Positions 12,634 to 25,858 of a stretch of DNA of 64,000 nucleotides are shown here, piece by piece (within the stretch, counting starts at the first letter, position 1; the number at the start of each line of letters is the position of its first letter). The stretch comes from Xylographa opegraphella. Lineage: Eukaryota. Under the pieces are notes generated by a model. That model worked only from the letters and a program-made list of their open reading frames with translations, did no database searches and was not told the origin of the DNA. Location: contig JALDZX010000013.1 in NCBI GenBank assembly GCA_022813865.1, positions 186,001 through 250,000 of the forward strand. The letters run 5' to 3'. Position numbers and translations under genes: made by a program.

Positions 12634-15423
12634 ATGCCTCACAGAGAGCCGTCGCCTGCTGTGTCGGAAAATGAGATAGATATCTCTGGCGCTCTTTTCG
12701 CTGATGCCGGCGATTCTGGGTCAGAAGATGGCGTCGACACCCAGCATCCGGAGCGAAAAGCTCGGATGCGAGCCGGAGAAGGAATGCCAGATTTGGCACT
12801 TGAAAGCGGATCGGATGATGCAGATTTCATTGCCGCAACTCAAGCAGCCTCGAACCGTAAGGCTTCGAATGTCAAGGGCAGAAGTGTCAAGAAAGGTGGG
12901 GGCTTCCAGGCCATGGGGTTGAATGCCAATCTACTCAAGGCTATCACGAGGAAAGGGTTCTCAGTACCGACTCCAATCCAGCGCAAGACCATACCTATGG
13001 TTCTAGATGGACAAGACGTGGTCGGTATGGCAAGGACTGGATCTGGAAAGACTGCTGCATTTGTGGTGCCTATGATAGAAAAATTAAAGGCACACAGTGC
13101 GAGAGTTGGTGCGAGGGCTTTGATAATGTCACCTTCGAGAGAATTGGCGCTACAAACATTGAAGGTGGTGAAAGAGCTTGGGAGAGGAACAGATCTGAAG
13201 TGTGTTCTTCTTGTTGGCGGAGACAGTTTAGAAGAGCAGTTTGGATTCATGGCAGGCAATCCAGATATTGTTATTGCTACACCAGGCAGATTCTTACACT
13301 TGAAGGTTGAAATGGGTCTCGATCTATCATCAATGCGTTATGTCGTCTTCGACGAAGCCGATCGACTGTTTGAGATGGGTTTTGCTGCTCAATTGACGGA
13401 GATTCTGGCTGCGCTCCCACAATCGCGACAAACTTTGCTGTTTTCTGCAACTTTGCCCAAATCACTAGTAGAATTTGCAAGAGCTGGGCTTCAGGAGCCC
13501 AATCTGGTCCGCTTGGATGCGGAGAGCAAGATCTCACCAGATCTCCAGAGTGCTTTCTTCTCCGTGAAATCGGCTGAGAAGGAAGGTGCATTATTACATA
13601 TCTTACACGACATCATTCAGATACCCACAGGTCAAACTGAATCTGCTATTCAAGCTAAAGAAGCGGCTTCGAAAGGCAGTAAGAAGAGGAAGCGGAGTGA
13701 CACTGGTTCCGTGCCGAGTCAATCACCAACAACCCATTCGACCATTGTCTTTGCGGCCACCAAGCATCATGTGGATTACCTTGCAGCATTGCTTTGCCTA
13801 TCCGGTTTTGCTGTCTCCTACGTTTATGGCTCCTTAGATCAGACAGCACGAAAGATCCAAGTCCAAGACTTTCGTACCGGAATGACGAATATTCTTGTCG
13901 TGACAGATGTTGCTGCAAGAGGCATCGACATTCCCGTTCTAGCGAACGTCATCAACTATGACTTCCCCGCTCAGCCCAAGATCTTTGTCCATAGAGTTGG
14001 TAGGACTGCCAGAGCTGGTCAAAGGGGATGGAGCTATAGTCTGGTTAGGGAGTCTGATACCCCGTATCTACTAGATCTTCAGCTGTTCCTCGGGAAGCGG
14101 TTAGTCCTTGGCAGAGCAACTGAGGGTGTCGTCAACTATACTGAAGATGTTGTACTGGGAAGCTTAGTAAGAGACAGGATGGAGCGAAGCTGCGAATCCG
14201 TTACCAAACTTCTTGAGGATGACTCGGATCTGCTGGTTCTCAGATCTGTGGCTGGCAAAGGTGAGAAATTATATTTGAGAACCAGAAACTCTGCATCAAG
14301 CGAAAGCGCGAAAAGAGCCAAGGAGATAGTGACGTCCAAGGGCTGGATGGAATTGCATCCACTCTTCAACGACGATACTGACTACGCTGAGATAGAGAGA
14401 GAAAAGATGCTCGCAAGAGTTAGTGGATTTCGACCTCAAGAAACAGTCTTCGAAATCGGCAAACGGGGCACGCAAAGCGAAACTGCAGAACTAATCAGAA
14501 AGCGTAGGGAGGCCATCCAGGCAAAGCGAAGGAGAACAGAACCATTTCAGGAAAACAGTGAGCATTCTGGCTCTGGTCCCCGAACCGTTCGACACGTACA
14601 AGTGGACGATATCTCGGACATCGACCAAGCCGCCAACATTGATGAAGATATGGTTTCAGTCGAAGACTCCGATCTCGAAGTGACCTTCTCGCAGCCCTTT
14701 GACGACAATATCAACCACAACAAAACTTCAAGCTCCAAACGTACAACCTTCCAAGACCCTTCCCACTTTTTATCCTACACACCTAGCACCATCAACCTCG
14801 CCGAAGACCGTGGCTATGGCGTCCACTCCGGTTCCTACAATACAGCTTCGCAAAACTCGAATTCCAATTTCGTGCAAGCAGCTCGTAACGCTACAATGGA
14901 CCTTACAAACGATGACGGCGCGAAGAGCTTCGCGGAACCCAGCCGCGCGAGGGGTATGCGTTGGGACAAGAAAAATAAGAAATATGTCGCTCGCGCCAAC
15001 GATGAGGACGGCAGCAAGGGGGCGAAGATGGTGATAGGAGAAGGAGGTGGAAAGATCGCAGCGAGCTTTCGTAGCGGGCGCTTCGATCGTTGGAGAAAGG
15101 CAAACAGGGTTGAGCGACTGCCACGCGTGGGCGAGGCAGAGCGGAGTGGTTCAACTGGCGCTAGTGCAATAGGGGGCGGAGGGGTGGGAAGGAAATTCAA
15201 GCACAAGCTGGAGAAAGCGCCGAAGGATGCGGATAAGTTCCGGGATGACTATCACAAGCGGAAGAAGATGGTGGAAGCGGCGAAGGAGAAGCGGGTTGGA
15301 AGGTTCAAGTATGGGAAAGGCCGGAGCGAGATCAAGGGCGTGGATGATGTGAGGAGAGATAGGAACGCGAAGGAGAAGCGGAGGGCGAAGACGGCACGGC
15401 CGCAGCGGAAGGGGAGAGGGTAG
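12634..15423 (+). CDS. DBP10: ATP-dependent DEAD-box RNA helicase DBP10 (60S biogenesis)
   Basis: Intronless 929 aa. Motifs [28 protein letters not shown]10 C-terminal domain ([11 protein letters not shown]...[13 protein letters not shown]). Confidence 0.96.
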   Translation: MPHREPSPAVSENEIDISGALFADAGDSGSEDGVDTQHPERKARMRAGEGMPDLALESGSDDADFIAATQAASNRKASNVKGRSVKKGGGFQAMGLNANLLKAITRKGFSVPTPIQRKTIPMVLDGQDVVGMARTGSGKTAAFVVPMIEKLKAHSARVGARALIMSPSRELALQTLKVVKELGRGTDLKCVLLVGGDSLEEQFGFMAGNPDIVIATPGRFLHLKVEMGLDLSSMRYVVFDEADRLFEMGFAAQLTEILAALPQSRQTLLFSATLPKSLVEFARAGLQEPNLVRLDAESKISPDLQSAFFSVKSAEKEGALLHILHDIIQIPTGQTESAIQAKEAASKGSKKRKRSDTGSVPSQSPTTHSTIVFAATKHHVDYLAALLCLSGFAVSYVYGSLDQTARKIQVQDFRTGMTNILVVTDVAARGIDIPVLANVINYDFPAQPKIFVHRVGRTARAGQRGWSYSLVRESDTPYLLDLQLFLGKRLVLGRATEGVVNYTEDVVLGSLVRDRMERSCESVTKLLEDDSDLLVLRSVAGKGEKLYLRTRNSASSESAKRAKEIVTSKGWMELHPLFNDDTDYAEIEREKMLARVSGFRPQETVFEIGKRGTQSETAELIRKRREAIQAKRRRTEPFQENSEHSGSGPRTVRHVQVDDISDIDQAANIDEDMVSVEDSDLEVTFSQPFDDNINHNKTSSSKRTTFQDPSHFLSYTPSTINLAEDRGYGVHSGSYNTASQNSNSNFVQAARNATMDLTNDDGAKSFAEPSRARGMRWDKKNKKYVARANDEDGSKGAKMVIGEGGGKIAASFRSGRFDRWRKANRVERLPRVGEAERSGSTGASAIGGGGVGRKFKHKLEKAPKDADKFRDDYHKRKKMVEAAKEKRVGRFKYGKGRSEIKGVDDVRRDRNAKEKRRAKTARPQRKGRG

Positions 15424-15925
15424 GTTGAACTTATGAGAGCAATTTATAGAGTCTTTTCTTGTAGTCATGGTATACGCTCGAATCTATCCTTGCAGCAAGA
15501 ACCCTGGGCATTGTTTACTCTTGAAATATCAACGAGTAATACCTTGTTATATGTGAGAGGCTAGACAGGAATGTCTCATCGGTCTTTGGTGGTCTAGTCC
15601 ACGGATTGAACCAAAATGTTTTCTGTCATTAGAAGAAGCCATACCTACATCTGAGTGCTGGGCATATTATTGCCTACCTAGGTGAGTTACCGGCACTCAA
15701 ACTCTGGTATGTACTCCGAACTTCAAGTCGAACTCCGCAGTGACGATATTTACCTATTTCGGAAGGTGTTCGATCTAAGCGAAGATAAAGATATGGGTAT
15801 TCTGATGCCTCGTTTGCGATAATTCTCTCACTTGCGATGACTCTGCAGCAATAACAGCACTGTTTATTACATGCATTTATCAGAATATAGAGACCGTCTG
15901 AGCATTCTTAGTCCTTTTCATCAGA

Positions 15926-18900
15926 ATGTATTCCTTCCATAAATATTTAGCTGCCCTATCCTCTGTTGTTGTATTCACAGCCTTGGTTGTTTTTCTGACG
16001 CCTCCATCTTTCTCATTGCTTTCGGATGGTTGGCAGGCGCCCCCAGTCCAGACGACACACGAGTTTCGAAGCTCGAAAGAAAACGTTTGGGCTGATCTGA
16101 ATGATGTCGAGTTCAATGATGTTCTCGAATTTCTACATTCAGAATCTAACGGCCTGAACTTAACTAAAGGAACTGTCGCTAAGCCGTGAGCAAATCAATC
16201 GTTTCTCAACTGTTCTACCTGTGCTATGTCTAACATTGCTTAGTTGGGATGATAGACTGTGAGGGATCCGGCCTGAAAGTCGTCAGATATCTAACCCTAG
16301 ACAGTCTCCTTGTCGAAGCTCTGCCACCGAACAAGACAGACTCTCTGCAATATCTTGACAATGCCTCGCAGCTTCCAGCACGATGGGCTCGTGTCACTGT
16401 CAGCCAAGCCGCTTCGAAAAAGGATAGAGCTACGATCTTTGAATATATGGTCAGACTTTCTGGCTCTCTCGATACGTGCTCGAGGTTGACGATGATAGGT
16501 TGGACCATTACCTGTAGATGATACAACTCAGATACTACCATTGAATTATTGCTATAACTCAGGAAGGAATTATGCTTGGAACCCTATCCGTAACACCGAA
16601 GCCTTTCTGCAATGGATTATCGACTCGCTTGATGAGGTTTCAGACATTGCGCAGGATCTCCTTGGAGGCGTAGGTTGTATAGTTGATGTGAAATACTGTG
16701 AGCTAATCTAGCGCTCTAGGTGCCGATCCGATACAATCAATCAGATGCGAACAGCCTGACGCCCATTCCTAGGATCTCCGTCATTGAAGACGGACGGATG
16801 GTTATCTGGCTGCAGCTATACAGAGCAGGGCTAAAATCGGATGCATGGTCCATTCTGCCGCAAGGTCTATATGCTAAACTTGGTCTGTACAATTGTGTGA
16901 CATAGTCGAGAACGACCGATTGACATCTCGGCTGGTGTAGATGCGTCTCATAGCGACTTGAGTGAGTGGAGAATCTTGCAATGGTACTACAACGGCATAT
17001 TATACAATTCGACTGCAATGCTTCGCGCTGCATGGCAGAGTCCAGGCTTTGAAAAAGTATTGCCAAATCTTGATGGTGAATGGACGGATATAGAAGACTA
17101 CAGTCGTGGAATTCAAGGCAGAGAAGTGCCTCCTCCAGTCATGGTTCTGCCTGCGGGACCTAGATACGATATTGATCGCAACCAGAAGTTCGTATCTTGG
17201 AGTACGTGATTAGTGTCTTTGCCAGCAAAGCCTTACTGACCGTGTATCATTAGTGGGCTTCGAATTTTATGTTGCCTTTTCGCAAAGTAAGGGCATTAGT
17301 CTTTTTGATATCAAATTCAAGAATGAACGTATCATCTATGAGGTAGACTTCCGCCACTCCTCACACGCAAGACATTGGACTGACTTTGATACGGTTGCAG
17401 CTCGGTATGCAAGAAGCGCTAGCACACTATGCTGGAGCAGATCCTTCTCAGGGTGCTCAATATTTCCTGGACACGTTCTTCAACATGGGTGTGCATATGT
17501 TCGAGCTCGTTCCAGGTAAGATGTTACTTCTCGAACTATCATTTTGTCACCATGCCAACATGCAACAGGATATGACTGTCCCGCGTACGCAACATATCTC
17601 TCCACATCCTATCATGCCGGTGATACCACACTCACAAATAAGAACAACATATGCCTCTTCGAGTACACCGCTGATCACGCTCTCCAACGCCACACAACCG
17701 CTCACTCCGTATCTATATCTCGAAGCCAATATCTTGTTTTACGCTCCGTCTCAACAGTTGGGAATTACGATTACACGATCGATTATCTCTTCTATCTTGA
17801 CGGCAGTATAGAGGTCAAGGTGCGTGCGAGCGGTTTCATCTTCGGCGCTTTCTATGGTTCCTCGGAAGCTAGCAACAAGACCGGAAGCAATGAGTATGGA
17901 TACAGAATCCATGATGCAGTCTCGAGTAGTATACACGACCACGTCATCAACTTCAAAGCCGATCTTGACATCGCCGGGACGACGAACACTCTCGTCCGTG
18001 TAGGCATCGAGCCTACGACAGCCTCCTACGAGTGGGAACGCGAGGAACGGGCTTCTCGAAACACTATGCATCTCGTCAACACCGCTATACAGGAAGAGAC
18101 CGGACTAGATTGGCCAGGGAACTCTGGCGCAATGTACATCGTTCTCAATAACGATTCCACCAATGCATGGGGCGAAAAAAGAGGATACCGTATTACGCCA
18201 GGAACTGGCATGGGTACCCCCCCGCATCTGACAATCCTGAACTCAACAAGCTTAGGCAGGGCAGCAGAATGGGCGGGTCGAGACCTGTGGGTTGTGAAGC
18301 AGAAAGATACGGAGCCACGAAGCGCGAGTCCGGTGAATTTCATCGAGCCTCACAACCCATTGATTGACTTTGCGAAATTCGTTGATGGAGAGGCAATCGT
18401 GCAAGAAGATTTGTGAGTTCTGAAATTTGCTCTATCTGGCGCAAAGGGCTCGACCCTAGTCTTACCATCCTTTGCCGCGACTTCCGATCTATTTTCTCTA
18501 CTAATCAGGTTTTCTACCAGAGTCATCTACTTCAACCTCGGAGCCCATCACATTGCCCACAGCGGCGACATTCCCAACACCCTCATGCACACTTCAGCGT
18601 CCTCGGTGATTTTCACCCCGCACAACTTCCACGACCGAGACCCGAGCCGGGAGTCCGTCCAGGGAGTCAAGCTGGAGCTGGGAGAAGGTGGCCACAAGCC
18701 GCGATACTTCGGTGGACGGTATACCGAGGGTGTGACCCTGAACATTGTAAGTAGCCTCCCCTTTCCTTCCGCGTTGCAACGAGAAAGAGCAAGTAGTTTC
18801 TCGAGCTTTGGAACGTTATCGGCTGACCCATGGACTCGGTAGACGGATCTCGAGCCAGATTTGGAGCGTTATCAGGCCGTCAGGCATGATGTTACGGACT

Positions 18901-18932
18901 TGAGCTTCAATAAGAGCTTTTTGGGGGTTTGA
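15926..18932 (+). CDS. Copper-containing amine oxidase, N-terminal signal/anchor (secreted or membrane-bound type), about 11 introns
   Basis: TPQ consensus STVGNYDY, Cu-binding HDH (SIHDHVINFKADLD) and later HHIAH; hydrophobic N-terminus. Includes a 15-nt micro-exon at 16244-16258. Confidence 0.9.
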
Positions 18933-19178
18933 GATGTTGAATGTGGAGGGTGTGGGTGGCTAAAGGTGCATATGGAGATACGTAACTTCGGTATGTATAT
19001 ATGTGCTATGTACACCCCGGACTTAGGAGTTGGGGGATTGCCCTTTTCGATTGGCTAAAGGGTCACGGCCGCTTTAGAGGGAGCATTGAGGGAGAGGTAG
19101 CACCGAGGAAGCAAAGGGGGGAGCGGCGGGTGAATACTAATAGAGCAACAAGTTTGTTCCTAAATCCTCCTCTCCCGG

Positions 19179-19554
19179 CTATGGTTGCCTGATGGTGCGT
19201 TTTATAAGTGAAGAAAACATGGCCTGGACTACAGCTGCTGGCCCAAGGTTGTCTAATATCTTATTTGCGGATTCTACGTATGTACATGAATGGACAGCCC
19301 AAAGTGCCTGTAAGTTTTCAAGCGGGTATGTGGCCATAATGCCAGCGACTTGAATTCTACTCAAAATAGTTTTCCTGTCTGGGGCCATTCGTTCCCCTCG
19401 ACGAGACGCCAATTATTCGGTACTTGAGCTCGTTCCAGGCAGTTTCATAGTCATCTGGTTCGGTGTCGAAAAGAATTTGAAGATCAGTAACTTCCAATTC
19501 CCGTTTTAGCTGCTTCGATCCAGTGGCCGCAGACTTAGTGGGTAACATAAACAC
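19179..19554 (-). pseudogene. Possible frameshifted orphan gene relic
   Basis: Two overlapping protein-like minus-strand frames (LKRELEVTDLQILFDTEPDDYETAWNELKYRII, then RKTILSRIQVAGIMATYPLENLQALWAV) with no clear intron between them. Confidence 0.3.
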
Positions 19555-20205
19555 ATTTGGATGTTCAAACGATTAATGACTGGAATTATTCGACTATAGA
19601 AGAATACGTGTCACGATATATATGAGACGAGGGGGTTATATGAGGACGGCATTGGTGCAGCTTGTACGCACTTATTGATTTAACGACTCGTAAAGCTCGC
19701 TAAGACCTAACTAAAGCTAGCTTAATATATATGCACTAGTCATCAACCAATCACGTAGAAGCCTCACTTTGGATGTACAGTCATGACAAAGCGCCAAGGA
19801 TCTCAGCATGTACATTTCCCATGCTCGTGATGATCCTCAAAGGGTATCGAATACAGAAGTTGTTGACCCCGATAACGGCAAGACTCGGTATGGAGGAGCT
19901 CAGTATCACGTACTGCGTGCAGTCTTGGGGATTGATATCACTACTACGTGCAAGCTTTGTCACGGCTTTGCTGCCACTGCTTGTTGCCACCATCTCATAT
20001 GACCGAAACTAACGTCAAATTTTCTTGTATTTCTTTCTGCTTTTGCCTACAATATATTTATCCGAGGATTTTGGTCTACATTCTTAAAAGCGATTGCGGC
20101 AGTGATGAGTGAGGAGAATAAGTCAAGGGTCGTTTTTGATATACCTTGATATCTGATGCCAGAGTGATTAAGTCACTACCCATACCGGCCTCTGCCTCCG
20201 TTATA

Positions 20206-22371
20206 ATGATAAACATAGCACAGCATCTCCCGGTGGAGGTTATCCAAGAAATCCTCCGGCAGGTAGACCCAGCTCACATTTTCAATGCTGTATTTGTTTG
20301 CCGAGAGTGGCTCGAGGCTGGCAAAGATGTATTGGCCGAAATACTAGACAGATACACTCCAAAGTACGGAGTACGACGCCGTGGCTGGAGATATTGCTGT
20401 CGATGCTTGAATCCAGTCTGCATGTGTTCCCAAGCCAGCAGAAACTATCATCGACTCGCGAAATGGCGTGCAGCTGGGTCAGGAAACTTATCGTGGTATC
20501 AAGCAGGGCGTCACATCGTACGATTATCATTTGCGGATAACCGAGTGGAGACTGCCAAGAATGTATCAAAGACGTTTGCGTCGACCAACGGACGCTTGTT
20601 GTTGAGAAGTGAAATAGACAGCGGTAAAGCTCGAAATCTTCTCTTCTCAACAGAGGATGTCAGATCTTTCGTGCAATTAGGCGGAAAGTGGCGACAAGTG
20701 AGAAGCAGCAGAATAGCCGACATCGCATATCAGGGGGATGAAATCATGGCGGAAGACTTACAACCTTCTTTCCTCACTACCCTTCCATCCACAGCCCCTT
20801 TGGTTGATGTGTCGTATTATCAGCATAGAGAACCAAGTTTGCTGGTGAGCAGTTACAGGAACTTAATATCAGATGATTTTACGAGCCACTACCTCTCGGT
20901 GCTGGCAAGCTCCGCCGATAAACTATGGCCCTCAGAGTATTGTGTTGATATCGCGATGCTTTCGGAGGACCGAGAAGTGCATCTTCTGACCATCACCTTG
21001 GAATATATGATTACTAAGAAAAAACCATTTCGAAAGATGCATGAAAAGACCTTGGGATGGCATATTACTGGTCAAGGGAGTGTTTCGAATGTGTGTCAAG
21101 GCCACGGTCCATTGAACGCTATTTTGTTAGATGTGAAATTTGAAGCTGTGGTCATAGCATGCCACGATGGAGTGGAAATAATATGTCTTCATCCACGCGA
21201 GGCTTCTCCCGGCGACAAGCTGACAGGATCTACACGTAAATGGATCAGCATGTGTAAGGGTAGCCTTCCGCCATCTAATGACCAGAGTTGCTAAACCTCT
21301 CTAGTCGAACAAGGCCCGGGTCCAATACTGACCATCACAGAGTCTAGGAATGAAATTTTCTTATTGACAAAAGCCAGGGCGTCTGCAGAGCCAATTTTTG
21401 AGAGGATAGCTGGGCTAACATTCAAGTTCAATCCCTTATGGAACCAAAAGAGCCTGGCATGGTCACGGCCGGTGACCAGTCGTACTGCAGATTCGATACC
21501 GAAGGAGGTACAAAGTATTACTCCAGTCAACCATTCCGACCACGAGTATGTACTATGGAACCCAGCCCTTAGATGTGTGCAGCTGGTGTACATCTCCACC
21601 AGTCACACTCATCTACGTCTGTACATGATAGCCCAGCTACAGGATCCACTGTGGAGCGGTGAGCTTCGACCGCCATCGTGTCTAGCCGCAGTTTATCATC
21701 ACCAAGAGAACATCATAATAGCCTCATTTCCGGTGGAGGGTGAACCTCCAAGATGCGACGAAATGCTTCATCGGTCCACAAACACTCCTGTTTTCACGTC
21801 TGAAAAGCATGTACGAGAAGACATTTATCTATCCCAGTACGATGCCACTCTACTGGCTGGCAACATTGACTTTTACCGTCAATCGGCCAGCACGCCTACC
21901 CACGCGGAGTGCGAACCAATCCCGCAACACTACGTAGGCAGTATAACATCCCCATATGGTATACAGACCATAAAAATTGCTATTCGACATGCGGCAGACT
22001 CCAGAACCGATATTTTGCATTCCCAACATCACCAGGACTTCCACCAAAAGAGTTGTTATGACGAAAATGACCACCTTGTTGTTATTGTGTTTGTCCTAAA
22101 GGGTAGCAACGATGTGGTGATTTGGTACCTGGCTAAGACTATGAGAGCGTACCTTCTAGGCGGTAGGAGAGAGATGTGGAGGTGGAAGGAGCAACAGCCA
22201 AGCTTATCCACGAATAATTCGGGAAGAGCGAAACGGGGCGCCAGTGGTTGGCAGACATTGCGTAAGGTATTCAAGCGAGAGGAGCTTCCAGAGGCTCACG
22301 GGCCACTTGCAGGATGGGTAATAGAGAAAGATCCTCAGCCAATTCGGCCGCGACACGACGGCATGTTTTAG
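20206..22371 (+). CDS. Divergent F-box domain protein
   Basis: N-terminal F-box signature LPVEVIQEILRQVDPAHIFNAVFVCREW. ORFs 20146-21294 and 21364-22371 are joined by an intron near 21254-21304 (GTAAGG...CTAAAC...TAG). Confidence 0.7.
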
Positions 22372-22531
22372 GGCAAAGCAGGCTAGGACAGGACATGTGT
22401 ATATGCCCTAAACCAAGTTGCTTTTCGTTCAAGCTCAGCTTCAAACCGCCGAAGCTCTTCTTCCCACTTCATCCGCAATTCTTCGCACCCACTCTCCAGG
22501 TCCAATTCGCTCCTATTACACATCACATCGA

Positions 22532-23040
22532 CTAAGCCTTCCCCTTCCTCTTCAGGTACTCCTCCTCCTCCGCCTGCAGCTCCGCATCGATTTTGGCCCC
22601 CTTCGACGGCTCGTTGCCATGGCTGCGCGCCTACTTTCCTTTAGCAAGCTCCCATGCGGCCAACACAGCACTCGACAAACCGGGAGTGTAGGATCCTTCT
22701 TCAGCATCTCAGTCTCCTTGCTATCCCCGTCTCCATCGCTCTTCTTCTGCTCACCCCTCATTGTAAGCAGATGACAACTTTCAGCAGCAGCGGGAAATGC
22801 AAACCTCCTCGTTTGCTAGCCTGTTGGCGATGGAACGCTCATCCTCTGGAGTCCCTACGTCAGCCAGCCAAGGTGAAAAGGGGTGGAGAGCGACAGAGGC
22901 CTACTGGAATCGTTGGACTTGTGCGAGTTCTCCTTCCCCTCGTTGTAGCGGTCCGCGGTCTCGATCTCGGAGTTCTTGACGTTGCGCTGGTCGCCGGCTT
23001 CGTAGACGGACGACTGGCCGACGGAGGAGGTGCCTGACAT
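22532..23040 (-). CDS. Small hydrophilic conserved fungal protein (stress/spore-type, unknown function)
   Basis: Exons encode MSGTSSVGQSSVYEAGDQRN...DERSIANRL...KKDPTLPA..HGNEPSKGAKIDAELQAEEEEYLKRKGKA*, with clear GT-AG introns. Confidence 0.8.
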
Positions 23041-24052
23041 CTTTGCTGTGTGGGATTCCTTTCCGGTGTTTCACGTGGTGAGGATATTGTTTGATCTGGA
23101 GTAGGACGATTTGTTACAGTGCTATAGTATTGGATATTCACAAGACGGCGACCGAGCTATGCTACGAAATCTGCAGAATAATGACGTCGAACGTGCCAAG
23201 ATCCCAGATGTGCGCTAAACCGGATCGCGATCAGATCTAGGACTGGGCGCCGCTTTACATGGTACTGTGTACCTTACTATACTGCAAAATACTACCACAG
23301 TACCTTACGCAGTACCCAAGTCGAGATGAGTTGACTCCGTACGGATACGGAATAGTTGTTCCGGTAGATACTACATGGAAGCTTGCCTGGACTGGTATTT
23401 GACCTCTTTACTTCCTGAAGCATTCTTACCGATCGCTCCCGCATAGCTGAGTTTCCTCATGTGGAATGACCATCACTGGCAAGCGTGGCTGCGCTTCAAT
23501 CACAGCATCCGTCCATGCGTTGCCACAATTGCACATATCGTCCACTGCCCAAGTCCTTGACAATACTTCCACAGAGACAGATATTCTTTTCGTGAGCGCG
23601 AACCTTGTCCGTGAACATGATGGCGCTCCCAAAAGAGGTTAGTCGGCTTGTATAGGGAGGGTATCATGCTATGTGGCACGGTGGACGAAATGGCAGGCAG
23701 CTTCTCAATCATCGCTGCCAGAGGTTCATCGTGACCAAAGCTTCATTAATCGCCACTCAACATGATTGGATCTCGGCTGAGGCTCAGTCGTGGCAATGCG
23801 CTGTGCCGCGCGGGTAGGCGTGGCTCCTTGTGCTACGTCCAACCGCGACGACCATGTACAGCCTATCATTTTGCTGGCACTATGCGTCAAAGGACCACAG
23901 CTTTAGGCTACATGTCTTCAAGGCTGACTTGTCATCTGAGTGAGGCTGCCTGCATACACGCTGATGTATCTTAAATACCGACTTGTCACCACTTTCCATG
24001 CCAGCCAAATGACCTTTCCCTCTGCACGTGGAGCCAGTTCCTTGGTCTAACC

Positions 24053-25216
24053 ATGCCATCCTGCTACTGTGGCCGTGGCTTTTATGATCCTGGTTCCCTT
24101 GATCAGCATAGGCGGGCAAAGCGACACGGTTGCTGCCGCCACTGCGATCGATTCTTCAATAGCGATGAAGCATACGAGCAGCACTCTTTCCCCTGTGGGA
24201 CTTGTCAGAGGAACTTCGCTTTGGCCACGGCTCTCAGACAGCATCAGGAGAATACGGGGCACGCCTACTGCCGCGATTGCAATCGAGCTTTTGTCGGCAC
24301 GGAAGCGCTTGATCAACATCTCAGCTCTTCAATCCACGCTTCCCACTTCCACTGCTGCGATTGCGACCGAGATTTCGTCAGTGCCGACGCGCTGAACCAG
24401 CATTTGAGAGACAAGGTGCATAAGCCAAGGACAGGCTCCTCGTCGGCTCTCGCAACAGAATCCAGCTGGTCCTGCCGAGAATGCGATAGAGCGTTCGCGG
24501 ACGAGACAGCATTACGCCAGCATCTCTCTTCCGTGGTTCACCATCCCTTGAGCAACATCCCGTGTCCTGGTGACAAACGCTGTAGGAAGCGTTTCACGTC
24601 CCCATCAGCAGCCGTTCACCACCTCGAAAGCGGCGCTTGCCGTTCTGGGATAACGCGGAAGTCGTTGAACGCGCTCATTCGGTCCAGCGATGTCCAGCAG
24701 CTCATCCACAATGGTAGTGGAGGGGAAGAAACGCCCAGCTTATATTGGGACGATAATGCCTCGACGTCCTCTTTTGGCGGCGGGGCACCGATCATGACAC
24801 CCAGATCAAATCGAAGCGTCGCGACCAACCCGCTTTCTGCGTCTCTTCTCTCAGGGCTCCTCACTCCGCTCTCTTCAGGCTCGGACGACTTCGGCTCTGA
24901 CTTCGCACCGACAGCTCCACCTTCCTGTCCTCTATGCCTCCGGACATTCCGCACCATTGGAGGGCTGCAGGACCACATGTCATCGCCAGCTCACGAGTTA
25001 AAGATCTTCCACTGTCCACTCACATTCACAGCACCCTTTCTGGACGAAGCGAGCGCCACGAAGGCCACAAAGCTCTTCTCGACCCTCAGTGGCTTGACGC
25101 AGCATCTCGAGAGCGGCGCCTGTGTCGGAGGCAGCGGCACGTGGCGGTTGGTGATGCAGTATGTGGAGGACCGAGCGAGGCAGAATGGGTGGAAGAACTT
25201 GCGGCTCTTGAAGTAA
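24053..25216 (+). CDS. Multi-C2H2 zinc-finger protein
   Basis: Intronless 387 aa with repeated CxxC-x12-H-x3-5-H fingers (e.g. CRDCNRAFVGTEALDQHLSSSIH) and two HLESGAC motifs. Confidence 0.88.
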   Translation: MPSCYCGRGFYDPGSLDQHRRAKRHGCCRHCDRFFNSDEAYEQHSFPCGTCQRNFALATALRQHQENTGHAYCRDCNRAFVGTEALDQHLSSSIHASHFHCCDCDRDFVSADALNQHLRDKVHKPRTGSSSALATESSWSCRECDRAFADETALRQHLSSVVHHPLSNIPCPGDKRCRKRFTSPSAAVHHLESGACRSGITRKSLNALIRSSDVQQLIHNGSGGEETPSLYWDDNASTSSFGGGAPIMTPRSNRSVATNPLSASLLSGLLTPLSSGSDDFGSDFAPTAPPSCPLCLRTFRTIGGLQDHMSSPAHELKIFHCPLTFTAPFLDEASATKATKLFSTLSGLTQHLESGACVGGSGTWRLVMQYVEDRARQNGWKNLRLLK

Positions 25217-25858
25217 GGCTTTTCGTGTCCTGAGGCTGCATTTTGCAAAGTGCGATGACGATGCAATCATGGGGGTCATTGTATTGAAAGTGTCTACGTC
25301 GTTGGGGAAGTATCCACATAAATTGCCTCAGCTCGTTAAGCGGCGGTTCGAACCGGTCTTCACTTCAGTCAAGCACAACAGGATATAAGTAAGACCGATT
25401 GTTGACAGCGTGAGGTGTGGGTAGAATTTGATATCATTGATACAACATCATCTGAAACTTTCCATATGATCCTCTATTTGCCTGGAAGCCGAGAACGTGG
25501 GGGTGTAATATCTCCGACGGGCATCCATGTGTTGGAGGCTCTAGCGCCCGCTCAGTCCGCTCTCCGTGATATTTCGCAGTACTCCTCTACCCAAGGCGCC
25601 CATCTTTTAATCAAGCCGCGGTTCTCCGTGTGAATCGGAGCGTGCCACCAGCTTGCATACAATTCGAATCCATGAGTTTGCCAATAGGTAAGCGCGGCAA
25701 GGTAGCTTGGCGAAGCGAGCGCCTTAAGGGCTTAGTCGTGTTCTTAGCGGCATCTTGCATCTTGCATATATTCCCAAACAACGACCGTGCGGTTCTGGCT
25801 CCGCCATCTAAGACCACCGATACCTTCCCCCCGACACACCACTCAGATCTTTTCCTCA

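Noticed and set aside
8798..18932. Secondary-metabolite cluster around the P450 reductase and amine oxidase
   Set aside because: No PKS, NRPS, terpene synthase or P450 nearby; the neighbours are housekeeping genes.
20097..20161. Box C/D snoRNA-like arrangement (GGCA-GTGATGA...CTGA-TGCC); similar TGATGA...CTGA pairs at ~8279-8348 and ~43284-43351
   Set aside because: No convincing rRNA/snRNA-complementary guide of 10 nt or more was recognised, and such short boxes occur by chance. An Rfam or snoscan search would be needed.
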